Source: a virus. Taken from it: DNA of 64,000 nt. The translations under genes were made by a program, and so were the position numbers. Position 1 is the first letter of the stretch. The number at the start of each line of letters is the position of its first letter. Under the pieces are notes generated by a model. It worked only from the letters and a program-made list of their open reading frames with translations. It made no database searches and was not told the origin of the DNA. This document shows, one piece after another, positions 63,842-64,000 of the stretch. The DNA lies in the IMG/VR virus record IMGVR_UViG_3300027779_003464, positions 32,001 to 96,000 of that record, one strand, 5' to 3'.

Positions 63842-64000
63842 ACAAGAAATAATATCACTAGGCTTTAAGAAGGAGACAGACGAAGACCTTGATGGACCAT
63901 TCTACTATTATGTATTAGACATAGTAGAAGGGCTATACTGTATTACAGATGCAAGTGATGAGGCTGCTCTTGAAAATGATGAGTGGACTGTAGAGCTAAG
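63834..64000 (+). CDS. Hypothetical protein, runs off the right edge (MTEQEIISLGFKKE...)
   Basis: Manual translation; open to the edge. Confidence 0.65.
   Translation, partial: MTEQEIISLGFKKETDEDLDGPFYYYVLDIVEGLYCITDASDEAALENDEWTVEL

Noticed and set aside
1-64000. Stop-codon reassignment, as seen in some large Bacteroidota phages
   Set aside because: Core genes are intact in code 11, coding density is high, and TAG/TGA end genes at sensible junctions.
1-64000. tRNA, rRNA, introns, inteins, integrase, reverse transcriptase/DGR
   Set aside because: No cloverleaf or T-loop signatures in the short intergenic gaps, and no splicing, RT or recombinase motifs seen by eye; tRNAscan/Infernal would be needed for certainty.

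Overview
This is a very AT-rich, gene-dense segment of a large T4-like (myovirus-type) dsDNA phage genome read in standard code 11. The host is most likely Bacteroidota, inferred from a type IX secretion cargo gene and A-rich start contexts without Shine-Dalgarno motifs. Recognisable core genes: topoisomerase II (gp39/gp52-like), major capsid protein, a prohead protease fused to a 14-aa-repeat scaffold, portal, gp4/gp2/gp13-like head and neck genes, baseplate genes (gp53, hub, gp5, gp25), UvsW/UvsY, PhoH, primase, and the C-terminal half of a split family-B DNA polymerase. Accessory content: a 10-gene nonulosonic-acid/glycosylation locus, a T5 A1-like phosphoesterase, an RNA-ligase-fold/cytidylyltransferase fusion and a 1033-aa T9SS-secreted adhesin-like protein behind a structured 5' leader. 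The most striking pattern is that about 20 otherwise unrelated ORFs share a short leader, roughly M-K-x(1-4)-[ILV]-x-x-[FY]-x-x-[FY]-x(0-2)-[ILF]-x-E, resembling the T4 internal-protein capsid-targeting sequence. Many sit behind TAAATA late promoters, and the same core motif is repeated 11 times in the protease-scaffold fusion. This points to a large 'address-tagged' head-cargo system carrying enzymes (lysozyme-like, ParB-like, PRTase-like, GNAT-like). Two promoter classes are visible: late TAAATA and RAAC-N17-TATAAT. All family assignments come from motif recognition by eye; no database search was run.
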